Origin: Eledone cirrhosa
Lineage: Eukaryota
Direction: 5' to 3'
DNA: 64,000 nucleotides
NCBI GenBank assembly: GCA_964016885.1
Contig: OZ024740.1
Span: 208,010,001-208,074,000, forward strand
Under the pieces are notes generated by a model. That model saw only the letters and a program-made list of their open reading frames with translations. It ran no database searches and had not been told where the DNA came from. The position numbers and the translations under genes are program-made. The stretch's first letter is position 1, and the number at the start of each line of letters is the position of its first letter. Below are positions 1-12,668 of the stretch, piece after piece.

Positions 1-598
1 ATGAGGGTGCGATTAGAGACGATGAATGAAAGGTAAGCCTACAATGCCAGTTCAGATGCTGAACGAATTCCGAAGCCACTCAACCTCATAGAGAGTTTCA
101 CCTATTGTCAACCTCTGTCCTCAAAACTGACTTTGCAGATGAGTTCGGTGCAACAACAGATGTTGGTGGATAGTTCGCTGAGATGTTCCGCTTTGGGAGG
201 ATATAGTTCACTGCAGTGAAAAGAGAAGTTTGGGGGAATGCAAAAGAGTTTTTATGGGGTTGAGCGCGAGATGCGAATCAATGAGGCGAAATCTGTCCGT
301 TATCTTCGTCAGATTAACTCGTTTGACCTCCAAACACACTAGAATGATTTTCTAAAGAGAGAGAGAGAGCCACAAAATATAGGAACTGTCCCTCTGAGCC
401 AGCGGTATCCTTGTCAGAACGGATCGAATGCTGTGTCATCATACAGAGTTACACCGTAATTCATATCTATCACCTTTTCAGTTTTAGGCGCGTTAAAGCT
501 GGGATGATGTTTTGAAGGGCATCAACGATTATTTTGACAGAACCACCCATTGTCACATCGTCCAGATACCAGCCATTAAGCGACAAACTGATTGACTT
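1..598 (-). mobile_element. Decayed CRE-clade-like non-LTR retrotransposon RT fragment
   Basis: Manual minus-strand translation gives NGWYLDDVTMGG (598-542), then past stops/frameshifts VKLSMRLSGFGIRSASELAL*AYLS. This matches the WYLDD..GG and W.Q..LP...GGLGIR..A.A patterns of CRE-type RTs. It runs off the window start. Confidence 0.7.
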
Positions 599-609
599 GG
601 TAATGTTTT

Positions 610-822
610 AATATTGGTTTCTTATATAGGCACAAGGCCAGCAATTTTTCGGGAGGGAAAGTCGATTAAATCGACCCCAGTGCGCGACTGGTACTTTATT
701 TTATTGACCCCGTAAGGATGAAAGGCAAAGTTAACCTCGGCGGGATTTGAACTCAGATCATAAAGGGCCGTACCTCTATGCTGCTAAAAACATGGCGTCC
801 GACCCTCTACCGATACTGCCAA
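610..822 (-). mobile_element. tRNA-derived SINE with Nin/Deu-like core (family A), full form
   Basis: Reverse complement: head ggcagtatcggtagagggtcggacgcc, B-box-like gagttcaaatcc, core gcctttcatccttacggggtc-ataaaataaagtaccag, tail ggccttgtgcctatataagaaacc. More than 10 homologues occur in the window. Confidence 0.85.
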
Positions 823-1060
823 TATAATATTACCGACAGCGGTGAGCATAATGGGTACCAGAGGGAGTATCGAAGGGCAAATCTCTAATATATTTTTACC
901 TTCGTTAGATTGATTATAATATTAAAACTATTCAAAATTATAGCAGATAACATCAATCTTTTACATACAGTAAGTCCCCAACTCGTAAGTTGATCGTCTA
1001 ACACAGTAGGTACCAATAAGCCCATATATGTTACATTGATACTGCAGGTTTCCATATGAA

Positions 1061-1128
<68 letters not shown>

Positions 1129-1200
1129 TATGTAGAGGTATATATAACATGTAATATAGAGGTATATACACAGTATAGAGAGGTATATATAACATGTAAT

Positions 1201-1353
1201 AATTGTTTCTACTTTAGGCACAAGGCCAGCAATTTACCAGTGCATTACTGGTACTTTATTTTATCGACCCCGTAAGGATGAAAGGCAAAGTCAACCTCGG
1301 CGGGATTTGAACTCAGATCGTAAAGGGACGTAACTATGTTGGAAAGCATGGCG
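1201..1353 (-). mobile_element. SINE family A, short form
   Basis: Same core (ttttatcgaccccgtaaggatgaaaggcaaagtcaacctcggcgggatttgaactcag) but lacks the gtcgattaaatcgac segment. Confidence 0.85.
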
Positions 1354-1471
1354 TAATAATGAATTTAAATACGATAAAGCTAATGACAATAAATTGTTAA
1401 AGGAAAAAATGTATTTTTTTCAATTCTGCGAAAACAGAATGGTATCCCATACGATTTCAGCTTGTTTTTAT

Positions 1472-1570
1472 GCTGCAAAACAAGGAACCCTTCTTTATAC
1501 TGCAACAGAAGGAATCCTTCTTTATACTGCAACAGAAGGATCCCTTCTTTATACTGCAAAAGAAGGAACT
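1472..1570. repeat. 27-bp minisatellite, about 3.5 copies
   Basis: The unit tgcaacagaaggaatccttctttatac is repeated. Confidence 0.75.
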
Positions 1571-1936
1571 CAGGGCCCGAAAAAGCCCACAAAAACGCTT
1601 ATTTCAAATACAGACAATTTTTGTCTTTGTGAGGCTTCTTATCTGCGTCGTAAGTTCGTAAATAGGGTGTTCGTAAGGTGGGATTTACTGTATACAAATA
1701 CATATATGTGTGTGTGTTCATGTGTGTCTGTGTGTGTTTGTTTGTGTACTTGTGAGTGTGTGCGCGCCTACATTTGTGTTTTATACATGTTTGCATGTGT
1801 GTATACGCGAGCGCATGCGCAGCATTTGATTGACTGTGTCCCTTAGGGTGGAGGGGGAAGTTATGTTGAGGAAATAATTGTTTTTATACGTTGTGAAAAT
1901 ATTTGAAATTGCCATCTTTTTTTGAAAGCCAAATCT

Positions 1937-2212
1937 AGAGAGTGTGTGTGAGAAAGAGTGTGCGGGAGAGAGAGTGTGTGTGTGAGAGAGAGTGTGTGTG
2001 TGAGTGAGGGAGAGTGTGTATGAGAGAGAGTGTGTGAGAGAGAGAGTGTGTGTGAGAGATTGTGTGAGTGAGGGAGAGTGTGTATGAGAGAGAGAGTGTG
2101 TGTGTGCGGGAGTGAGAGAGTGTGTGAGAGAGAGATTGTGTGTGTGAGAGAGTGAGAAAGAGTGGGAGAGAGTGAGTGAAAAAGTGATAGAGAGTGTGTC
2201 TGTGAGAGAGAG

Positions 2213-2294
<82 letters not shown>
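1937..2294. repeat. Compound (GA)n/(GT)n microsatellite
   Basis: Seen directly. Confidence 0.95.
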
Positions 2295-2297
<3 letters not shown>

Positions 2298-2537
2298 AAG
2301 AGAGAGCCAGACACACAGAGACTTATAGAGAAACGCTGTTGACTAAACCGGGTGGCGAGAAAAAGCTTAAAAATAAGCATAAGATATGATAGTGAGTTGG
2401 TGATTAAGTAGGAAATTAGGAGCAGAAAACCTGCAGAGGAACCTTTGTTATGAAGAGAAAGAAAAATTAACGTGCCTGCCACATAATCTGTACTTGTTCG
2501 TTAATATTTTTACTTAATGTTAATTTATATATATTGG

Positions 2538-2658
2538 TGAAGACGCATGGCTGAGTGGTTAGAGAATTGGAATAGCAATCGTGAGGTTGTGATTTCGATT
2601 CCCGGACCGGGTGATGCGTTATATCCTTGAGCAAGACACTTTATTTCACGTTACTCCT
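2538..2658 (+). mobile_element. tRNA-derived SINE family B, 5' part
   Basis: A-box-like tggctgagtggttag, B-box-like gatttcgattccc, then ccttgagcaagacactttatttcacgtt. Homologous to 11031 and 57849. Confidence 0.8.
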
Positions 2659-3175
2659 TCTGCCTGGATTTGCAATCGAGAGACAGTATTAACAATTGTT
2701 TCCTCGGTCCGATTGGACGAGTTCCACCTCATTCGTTAAGCGAATGAGGTCTGGGATCTTGCCGATCGACTGTCGATGTATATATATATATATATATATA
2801 TAAGAGAGTATTGAAGTTTGCTTGAAGCATTGTGGAACAATAAGTAAATATCTTTAAGTCGTTTGGAAGCCTCGACAATGCAAATGGGTAAATCTCCAGG
2901 TAACAAGGTCCGGTGGTGGAGAGAGGGATGTAAGTGGGTGTACGTTGAGATGCGTGGTGTGTATAATATGTGTGAGATGTGTAGAATGAAGGGAAGAGTA
3001 TAAAGGATAAAATAAAAATTAAAATAACAACACAAGAGAGAGTTACCTTGGGAGAGATTTAATAGTCCCTATATATTTCGGATTCACATCCATCAACTGG
3101 GGTTTTTTCCGGGGTGGGGGAAAAGGTTGTCTGTCAGACAACTCGGAACGCGTCTTTCTATATATATATATATAA

Positions 3176-3402
3176 GAAATCGAAAATGCAACTGGAGAAT
3201 TTTTAAGAATATTTATTTGTTTCCTTTACCAGTTTCACAGTTCTTATCCTTTTCCAACGTAGAATTGAGATGGAGGGTTTGTGGTTTTTCTCGCCACAAA
3301 CCCTCCATCTCAATTCTACTTTTGAAAAGCATAAGAACTGTGAAACCAGTAAAGGAGATAAATAAATATTCTTTAAAAGACTCCAGTTGCATTTTCGACT
3401 TC
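3176..3402. repeat. Fold-back inverted repeat (about 109-bp arms, 9-nt loop) containing an HHR variant
   Basis: 3176-3284 is the diverged reverse complement of 3294-3402. It is bordered by short (TA)n runs. Confidence 0.9.
3316..3357 (+). ncRNA. Type I hammerhead ribozyme, U3-A8 core variant
   Basis: cuu-UUGAAAA-gca[uaagaac]ugu-GAAA-CCAG-UA-aag. The mirror arm reads GAAACUGGUA, implying an ancestral palindromic ACCGGU. Confidence 0.6.
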
Positions 3403-3514
3403 TTTTCCTTATACATTCACTCGTGTAGGACATCTCGTTTTTTTTCATTTAAAAAAAGCCCTCATTTTCTTTTTTATATATATACATATATATATATAAA
3501 AAAAAAGAGAGAGA

Positions 3515-3579
<65 letters not shown>

Positions 3580-3639
3580 AAACTAACCAATATTTGGTAA
3601 GAAATAATACGAGAGATAATTCAATAGGATCCAATTAAC

Positions 3640-3670
<31 letters not shown>

Positions 3671-4099
3671 TATATTCAATTTTAATTTCGGAATGAACAA
3701 ACGATATTTCGTGTATTTTTTTTATATAATTTATTGCAAATTTTCAATTTAACATTTAGCGGTGTTTAATGGATGCTAAAAATAAGATGTAATCAACTAT
3801 AAAAGCAAATGTTGCTTCATTTTCTTAACAAGCGTTCAATAAATTGTGTATGTATGTATGTATGTATGTATGTATGTATGTTCTTCTGGTTTTATAATTT
3901 CACAAAGTTTTCCCAATGGAGAGAGAGTCGGTTTCTAGCATAGACACAAGTCTCTCTCATTGTAATTTACACAACATCAACTAGGTAGATTATGTATGTG
4001 TAGATATGGATGTTATTGTATGTGTGGATGTGGATGTTTTGAGTTGTATGTGTGCATGTGTATACGCTTTGTATCTGTACATGTGTATATGCAGTTATT

Positions 4100-5662
4100 A
4101 GATGCAACATTTTTGGAATGTTTTACATATTTTTACTGTTCCATTAATGGATTATACTTGTAATTTCCTAACTAGTTGTGTTCTTTCTGTTCCTGTGAAG
4201 CCTAGCTTCTCAAGATTTGTATTGAGGCAGTTACTAACATATCCCAGTGCCCTAATAATCACAGGCATAAATCTGAAGGTGTAATCAGAGTGGAGTATCT
4301 GCAGATTTCTCATCAGTTCTGCATAAATATTCTCCTTTTCACTAATCTTTGATATTATATTGACATCTGCTGGGCAGCTAATTTCCACTACTGTGCATGC
4401 TTTCTTCTCCCTGTCCCATATCATAATATCTGGTCTGTTATGCCTGCATTTTATTGGGGTTTTACTGGAACATTCCACCAGTACTCTTTCATATTATGTA
4501 CATGGATGTCTTCCACATTGCTGTAGTTTTTAATGTGTTTATTATCGGGGCTATCTTTTTTACGAACTGCATTGTACAGTGTTTTGGCCACTACATCATG
4601 CCTCATAGGTAGATAGTACCGCGATGACATCTTTGGACAGCTGCTGATGACATGGGTGATATCCTCGATGTTAGTTCTGCAGAGTCTGCACTTGTTATCA
4701 CATCTAGGTGTTTTATCTGTATCCCTATCTCTTTTGTGAATCAGGTATTTCGTGTTAATCTCCTGATCCTGGATTGCAAAAGCGTATCCTTCAAAGTGGA
4801 AGCCAATATAGCGGTTGTTGGTCCAAGATAGACTACTTTCCTTATCTATATTACTCTCACTCTGGAGCTTCCTGGCAACATATCCATGCATGATTTTTTG
4901 CTGATAGGCATGCAGTTTTTCATCCATGGATTCACTGCGATACTGCTGAGCGACATTCCTGGGTATGAGTTTTTGATTATCACACAGGGAATATCTCTCA
5001 AGGGGTTCCTTCCCAACTCTCATGATCTTATCTGTTTCATGCAGATATACTTGCTCGAGAAACGGGCTCCTACGCTTCGAGGTTCGTAGATGTTGTCGGA
5101 GGGATATGATGCGATATTCAAATGTTGTCTGGACTGATGTTAGGCTTCTGCCCCCCTGCTTACGTTTCAAGTAAAGGCGGTCTATGTCACAGTTGATGTG
5201 GAAGTTTCCGGTCTTGTTCAGTATTTTTCGAGTTCCAACATCAACTGCTCGGATTTCGTCTATCGTCCAATTGAGTACTCCAAACGTTGGTGTTAGGACA
5301 GGCACAGCAAACACATTGTGAGCCACTGTTTTGTTTTGCGCAGAGAGATCCGAAGACCAGATCTTTCTTAATCGGGTGTAGTATTCCCTGGTCACGCGTT
5401 CTTTATTACAGATACCATTATAGGATATGTTCACATCTATCCCCCTGTATCTGTAGCAGTCCTCATCAGATATCGGTGAAACAGTTAGACCATTGATGAC
5501 AATGTTGCTAGATTGGGTTGTTGTTTTTCCCCGTTTTACAGTCATATATGAGCATTTATCTTGGCCAAACTCCATTCCTATATCCTTTGAGAATGTTGTA
5601 ACCAGGTCAAGATTAATCTTCATCCCATCCATGTTCCTGTCATAAAGTTTCAGATCGTCCAC
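4100..5662 (-). mobile_element. 5'-truncated R4/Dong-like (RLE-type) non-LTR retrotransposon: RT C-terminus, CCHC knuckle, restriction-like endonuclease
   Basis: ORFs 4451-5686 and 4152-4478 (frameshift): VDDLKLY, GMEFGQDKC, GGRSL, CRLC-x7-H-x4-C, RHD, RPD...VVEISCP...K..IY. Embedded between (TATG)n tracts. Confidence 0.9.
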
Positions 5663-6165
5663 TAATGAATGTATGTATGCATGCATGTATGTATGTATAC
5701 ATATATGTTTGTATATATGTATGCATGCATGTAGGTATTTATATTTGTGTGTATGTATGTATATATGTGTGTGTATTTATGTATGTGTGTATGCATGCAT
5801 ATTTGTATGTATGCATGTATGTATGTATGTAAGTATGTATGCATGTTTGTTTGTATGTATGCATGTATGTATGTTTATATGTGTATGTATGTATACATTT
5901 ATTTCTGTATGTATGCATGTAAGTATGTATATATGTATGTTTATATGTATGTATGTATATATGTATGTGTGTATGCATGCATATAAGTATGTATGTATAT
6001 ATGTATATATGTATGTGTGGTATGTGTGTACGTCTGAATATGTATATATGTATGTGCGGTAGGTATGTACATATATATATACATATATGTATGTATATAC
6101 ATATGTGTGTGTGTGTGTATGTGTATACATCTGTGTGTATGTGTATGTGTATGCATATATATATA
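5663..6165. repeat. Degenerate (TATG)n/(TG)n tract
   Basis: Seen directly. Confidence 0.95.
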
Positions 6166-6639
6166 GGTATGTTAACTACATCATTCGTATGAGAAGACTT
6201 AGTTTAACTTGAGGGGGTGAAATCAGTGCAATTAATTCTTTAGTTCATAATACTGTAAGAATTGATAAGCGACGATACGATTATATATATAGACACACAG
6301 ACTTGCATACACATGAGTAACTATATGTATATTAGGTATATATATATGATTATATGATTAGATAAAGAATCAGGTATATACATACATATATATTGATATA
6401 TATACATATACAAATAATACACACACACACATACACACACCACTAACACACAAGCATATATATATATACATAGATAAAACCGTAAATTACCTGAACTTGA
6501 ACATAAACAAATCTACATCAAACTCATGCGATGTATATATATATATGTCTGTGTGTGGTGTGTGCGTGTGTTTGTTTGTGTGTGTTTGTCTCTGTGTCTC
6601 TCTCTCTCTCCCTTTGTGTCTGTGTCTGTTTGTCTGTGT

Positions 6640-6679
<40 letters not shown>

Positions 6680-7270
6680 CAGTTTGTGTTCGTATACGCA
6701 TGTACTGTAAAACAAGCATATATTAATTTAACTTAAAGATATGATTTAGGAAACGTAAGTGCATTAAGCAGTCGGTGGAAGATATTGTAAAATGGCGCCT
6801 GTTATATCTTCTCGCAACACAACTATTAAGCAAAGATTGAAATCGATTCCAAATTGCAGAGTGGCAGCCAGTTTATTCTCATCATGCACCTGAGTAGGAA
6901 GACGAATCTAGTGGATTCCTAGCAAATCATTTGTTTTCTTATTCGAAATCTAGGAATACTCACTTTTTTCGCCATTTATCGTTGCTTCAAATTGTACCTG
7001 GCATGAAATGTTGGCAGTTAAATTTCTTTGCTGCGTTGTACTGTAGATTTTAGCCAAAAACTGTAAGTCATTGACACTTGTAAATGCCTTTTTTCTGTAC
7101 TGTACATACAATATCTTTGTGGATAGAGGAAAATGTCTCAACTAGACTAGTTTCAATATAGTCTGAGCATTTCTTTAGCGACTAACTACCCTCTTTATAT
7201 GTCCTGAAACACACTACTTATATATTCATTATTGGCTTAATTAAACTGGATGGAATAATGTGCATATATA

Positions 7271-7553
7271 CAGGGTTGGATTTAGACCTGGGAAGTCCGG
7301 GGCACTAAAAATAGAATACACAGTAGCAGCCCCCCCTCCCCCCCCATTTTTATATACCAATGTTAGCTTGGCGCAAGTAATTGGAACTGAAATTTATACA
7401 TTCAGGTATTAAATTCAACATTTCTAACCATCCTAAAACAAAATACCCCAGCTGAGGGCACAAATAAATTACTACGGCCATCGCTGGTGGAGCTACTCAT
7501 TTCAGGGGGCCCGTTGCAATTGCCCGCTTTGACCCCCATTAAATCCGGACCTG
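7271..7553. mobile_element. hAT-like MITE
   Basis: TIRs cagggttggattta / taaatccggacctg, with 8-bp TSD catatata (7263-7270) / catacata (7554-7561). Confidence 0.75.
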
Positions 7554-7978
7554 CATACATAAGGTATTTTACCGGCTAGTTTGGATAATAAGCTAATATG
7601 GCATTAACAGTATATTCATTCAATTCAATATCGTTTCAAGATAGCATTGACACGAGACACCGTTAACGCTCCAATAATTTATCAAGAGTCTTCCACATAA
7701 AACTGACAACAATATTCTGAGGTAGCAATCATATTTAGATATGTGTTGTTGGTAATGTGGTTTACGTATTTCTTCTTTTAACCGTACCAAGTTGCCATCG
7801 TTATTTATCTATAAAAGTTTCTTGCAGACACTGTAACTTCCAAATTAAATGAGTAAACCTAATATAATTTATATCCAATCATTCTAGTTATCATTTATAG
7901 CCAGTGGAAGAATCTTTCCAAACGTTTCAATATAGCTAATATAGACTTTGATCATTGATAGATAATTTCAGTTCTGAT

Positions 7979-8145
7979 AATTGTTTCTACTTTTGGCCAG
8001 CAATTACCCCAGTGCATTACTGGGGCTTTATTTTATCGACCCCGTAAGGATGAAAGGCAAAGCTAACCTCTGCGGGATTTGAACTTAGAACGTAAAGGAC
8101 CATAACTCTATGCTCCAAAGTATGGTGTCTGACGCTCTACCGTTC
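7979..8145 (-). mobile_element. SINE family A, short form
   Basis: Core ttttatcgaccccgtaaggatgaaaggcaaag...gggatttgaac. Confidence 0.85.
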
Positions 8146-8662
8146 CTATAATAATGTAGATTTCTTTTCTCCGAAGCCGTGGAAACTGTGAAGTATTCGA
8201 GATGTGTGTGATGTTTATTGTTTGTATTTCTTAATTTCAATATTGCTAGAATTTATCGCTCATTTAGTTAGCAATTTCGAAATTAACACCTGCAATACAG
8301 TGGTGAATTTTGACAACATGTCTGCCGAGAAAGTACAATTTAATCCCCGCTTTCTTCCTTATCTTGCACCATTCTCTCTCACACCTACTCACTCTCTCAC
8401 CCACTCACTCTCTTACCCACTCACTCACATCTACTCACTCACTCACCCACTCACTCACCCACTCACTCACTCACCCAACAACTCCCTTAACCACTCTCTC
8501 ACATCCACTCACTCACTCACACCTTCACTCTCACTTCCTCTCTGCGTAAGATTAGAAATCGATTACATGGTCTCCAATACGTCATTTGTACTTATTTCAT
8601 CGACATCGGTTGGAAGAAAAGTAAACGTAACCACAGCAAGATTAGAACTTAAAACAAAATAA

Positions 8663-11015
8663 CAACCCACCACCATTCTGTTCACCTCTCTACCAATTCT
8701 ACCAACCCACCACCATTCTGTTCACCTCTCTACCAATTCTACCCACCCACCACCATTCTGTTCGCGTCTCTACCAATTCTGCCAACCCACCACCATTCTG
8801 TTCCCGTCTCTACCAATTCTACCAACCCACCACCATTCTGTTCATTACTCTACCAATTCTACCAACCCACCGCCATTCTGTTTCCCTCTCTACCAATTCT
8901 ATCAACACACCACCATTCTGTTCACCTATCTACCAATTCTACCAACCCACCACCATTCTGTTCCCCTCTCTACCAATTCTACCAACCCACCACCATTCTG
9001 TTCCCCTCTCTACCAATTCTCTCAACCCACCACCATTCTGTTCACCTCTCTACCAATTCTACCAACCCACCACCATTCTGTTCCCCTCTCTACCAATTCT
9101 ACCAACCCACCACCATTCTGTTCCCCTCTCTACCAATTCTCTCAACCCACCACTATTCAGTTCCCCTCTCTACCAATTCTACCAATCCACCATCATTCTG
9201 TTCACCTCTCTACCAATTCTGCCAACCCACCGCCATTCAGTTCCCCTCTATACAAATTCTACCAACCCACCATCATTCTGTTCACCTCTCTACCAATTCT
9301 ACCAACCCACCACCATTCTGTTCCCCTCTCTACCAATTCTACCAACCCACCACCATTCTGTTCCCCTCTCTAGCAATTCTACCAACCCACCTCCATTCTG
9401 TTCCCGTCTCTACCAATTCTACCAACTCACCACCATTCAGTGCCCCTCTCTACCAATTCTACCAACCCACCACCATTCTGTTCCCGTCTCTAGCAATTCT
9501 ACGAACCCACCACCATTCTGTTCCCGTCTCTACCAATTCTACCAACCCACCACCATTCAGTGCCCCTCTCTACCAATTCTACCAACCCACCATCATTCTG
9601 TTCACCTCTCTACCAATTCTACCAACCCACCACCATTCTGTTCCCGTCTCTACCAATTCTCTCAACCCACCACCATTCTGTTCCCGTCTCTACCAATTCT
9701 ACCAACCCACCACCATTCTGTTCACCTCTCTAACAATTCTACCAACCCACCACCATTCTGTTCACTACTCTACCAATTCTACCAACCCACCACCATTCAG
9801 TGCCCCTCTCTACCAATTCTACCAACCAACCACCATTATGTTCCCGTCTCTAGCAATTCTACGAACCCACCACCATTCTGTTCCCGTCTCTACCAATTCT
9901 ACCAACCCACCACCATTCAGTGCCCCTCTCTACCAATTCTACCAACCCACCATCATTCTGTTCATCTCTCTACCAATTCTACCAACCCACCACCATTCTG
10001 TTCCCGTCTCTACCAATTCTACCAACCCACCACCATTCTGTTCCCATCTCTACACATTCTACCAACCCACCACCATTCAATTCCCCTCTCTACAAATTCT
10101 ACCAACCCACCACCATTCTGTTCACCTCTCTACCAATTCTACCAACCCACCACCATTCTGTTCACTACTCTACCAATTCTACCAACCCACCACCATTCTG
10201 TTCACTACTCTACCAATTCTACCAACCCACCACCATTCTGTTCCCCTCTCTACCAGTTCTACCAACCCATCACCATTCTGTTCACCTCTCTACCAATTCT
10301 ACCAACCCACCACCATTCAGTGCCCCTCTCTACCAATTGACCAACCCACCATCATTCTGTTCACCTCTCTACCAATTCTACCAACCCACCACCATTCTGT
10401 TCCCCTCTCTACCAATTCTACCAACCCACCATCATTCTGTTCACCTCTCTACCAATTCTACCAACCCACCACCATTCAGTGCCCCTCTCTACCAATTGAC
10501 CAACCCACCATCATTCTGTTCGCCTCTCTACCAATTCTACCAACCCACCACCATTCTGTTCACCTCTCTACCAATTCTACCAACCCACCATCATTCTGTT
10601 CACCTCTCTACCAATTCTGCCAACCCACCACCATTCTGTTCACCTCTCTACCAATTCTACCAACTCACCACCATTCTGTTCCCGTGTCTACCAATTCTAC
10701 CAACCCACCACCATTCTGTTCCCCTCTCTACCAATTCTACCAACCCACCACCATTCTGTTCACCTCTCTACCAATTCTACCAACTCACCACCATTCTGTT
10801 CCCGTGTCTACCAATTCTACCAACCCACCACCATTCTGTTCCCCTCTCTACCAATTCTACCAACCCACCACCATTCTGTTCACCTCTCTACCAATTCTAC
10901 CAACCCACCACCATTCTGTTCCCGTCTCTAGCAACCCACCACATTTCTGTTCCTCTCTCTACGAATTCTACCAACCCACGCACATTATGTCAACCGCTCT
11001 CCTAATTCTACCAAT
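8663..11015. repeat. 40-bp minisatellite array, roughly 58 copies
   Basis: Unit accaacccaccaccattctgttcacctctctaccaattct. Two 39-bp variants occur near 10337 and 10497. ORFs 9838 and 9920 are translations of this array. Confidence 0.97.
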
Positions 11016-11030
11016 CCATCAACTTTTTGT

Positions 11031-11275
11031 GTGAAACTGCATGGCTTAGTAGTTAAGATGCTGGACTCACTCTCATAGGATCGTGAGTTCGACTCCCAGA
11101 CAGGGTGTTGTGTCCTAGAACATGACGCTTTATTTCCACGATGCTTCAGTCCACTCAACTGGAAAAAATTACCAAGTTGTATCTGTCATTGTATTTCTTT
11201 TGAACAACGTCAGTGGCGTGGAGATTAAGACTTACATGCATGAGTAACTACTGGTCTTCCACATAAATACTCTGA
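11031..11275 (+). mobile_element. SINE family B, diverged
   Basis: gcatggcttagtagttaag...gagttcgactccc...gctttatttccacg...agtccactcaactgg. Confidence 0.7.
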
Positions 11276-12595
11276 CCCAATTTATCCATCATTGTACTAT
11301 GTCTGCCAATCTATCACCATTTTGCCCATCACTCAACTTGTCTCATGTGCAGCGAATTGGCAAAGTCGTTAGAGCATCCGATAGAATGCTTCCCGGTACT
11401 CGCCCCAGCACACTGTTCTCCTGTTAAATCCCGTCGGGCATAACTTTGCATTTTTTTGCTTTTCATCCATTCTAGGTCGATTAAAAAAATGACCAGTCCC
11501 TTGAGCTGCTGTGTCAGGTTGACTTGGGCTGCTTGAGGAGGAGGTGAGACAGGTGTTTCTGACAGTAATATATACCTTGGAAGAGGTATGAACTAGAGCC
11601 GAGTCTGCCCCTATATCTCTTTCTCACGAACTCTCTTCTCACTCTCTCTTTCTCTGAAAGAAACTGACTGTGTTTTTATCTGGAAAGAAGATGCACACCG
11701 CAAGTATATGAAGACGCTCTACATCTCCATCAGGAATTATGTATCCATATATACAACAGATTTCGGTGCGGAATGTTATCTATCAAAGATAAATATTCCC
11801 TCTTAAGTCGATCGTAGCAAACAATTCACAGATGGCATGATACTTACTCATGACAACTAAATGGATCTTAAGGCTGCAGAGTTTTTAGAGCGTAAAACAG
11901 TATATATTTTATTATTTATTCCAACTCTCTGCGTTTTAAGTTCAAATCCTAGAGAGGTAATTTTTTTCCTTTCATCTTTTCAAGATGGCTAAAATACCAG
12001 TCTATGGTAATGGCATGGCAGATTTGGTAGAGTGCTGGACGAGGTTCCTCACGTTATGTATTTCGATATTTACCTTCTATGTTCAAGTTCATCCTTGAGT
12101 CTTAAATTCCACCGGATGGAGAGGAATAACCACCCAGCCACGGGACCACAATTGATTATGAAAATTGAAAGGGGTAAAGAAATACTTTAACCGTCTGTTA
12201 CTGCAGTCGAACGATGGCGATGAGATATAGTATCTATTCCGACAATCTTGCTACAGAATTAAACTCAAACTAGAAATTGATAATCTAATATTTCCTCAAC
12301 CGCAGATATTGTGTTTCTATCATAGATTAGGAATAGAAGCATATTTAAGCTAATTCACGCATCGAAAAACAGAAGACAAAATCTTGCTCTATTTGGATTA
12401 GTGTTGATTTTATTCCAACCGACTGAGCTGCTTAATGATCCCCATATTCCCACAGCCTCTCTCTTTCCTCTTCTCTCTCTCTCTCTCTCTCTCTCTTAAG
12501 CTCCCCCCCCCCCCTCCTGTCTCTCTCTCTCATTCATAATCGTATTCGTTTGTATGCAATAATTACTGTGTTTGTATCTATCTATCTATCTATCT

Positions 12596-12666
<71 letters not shown>

Positions 12667-12668
<2 letters not shown>

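Larger units (their letters stand above)
968..1690. mobile_element. Possible pogo/Tigger-like MITE interrupted by (TA)n and a SINE
   Basis: ta|cagtaagtccc at 966-978 and gggatttactg|ta at 1680-1692 form imperfect TIRs with a TA TSD. Confidence 0.4.

Noticed and set aside
2538-2610. tRNA gene (also 11035 and 57850)
   Set aside because: A/B boxes run straight into a shared SINE body and no full cloverleaf is evident.
6950-7141. 63-aa ORF in unique sequence as a host exon
   Set aside because: No recognisable motif or convincing splice signals; cannot be excluded without RNA-seq.
8663-11015. CRISPR-like regular repeat
   Set aside because: Contiguous units without unique spacers; eukaryotic context; no cas genes.
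9838-11034. 398-aa and 361-aa ORFs
   Set aside because: Translations of the 40-bp minisatellite; the unit length is not a multiple of 3.
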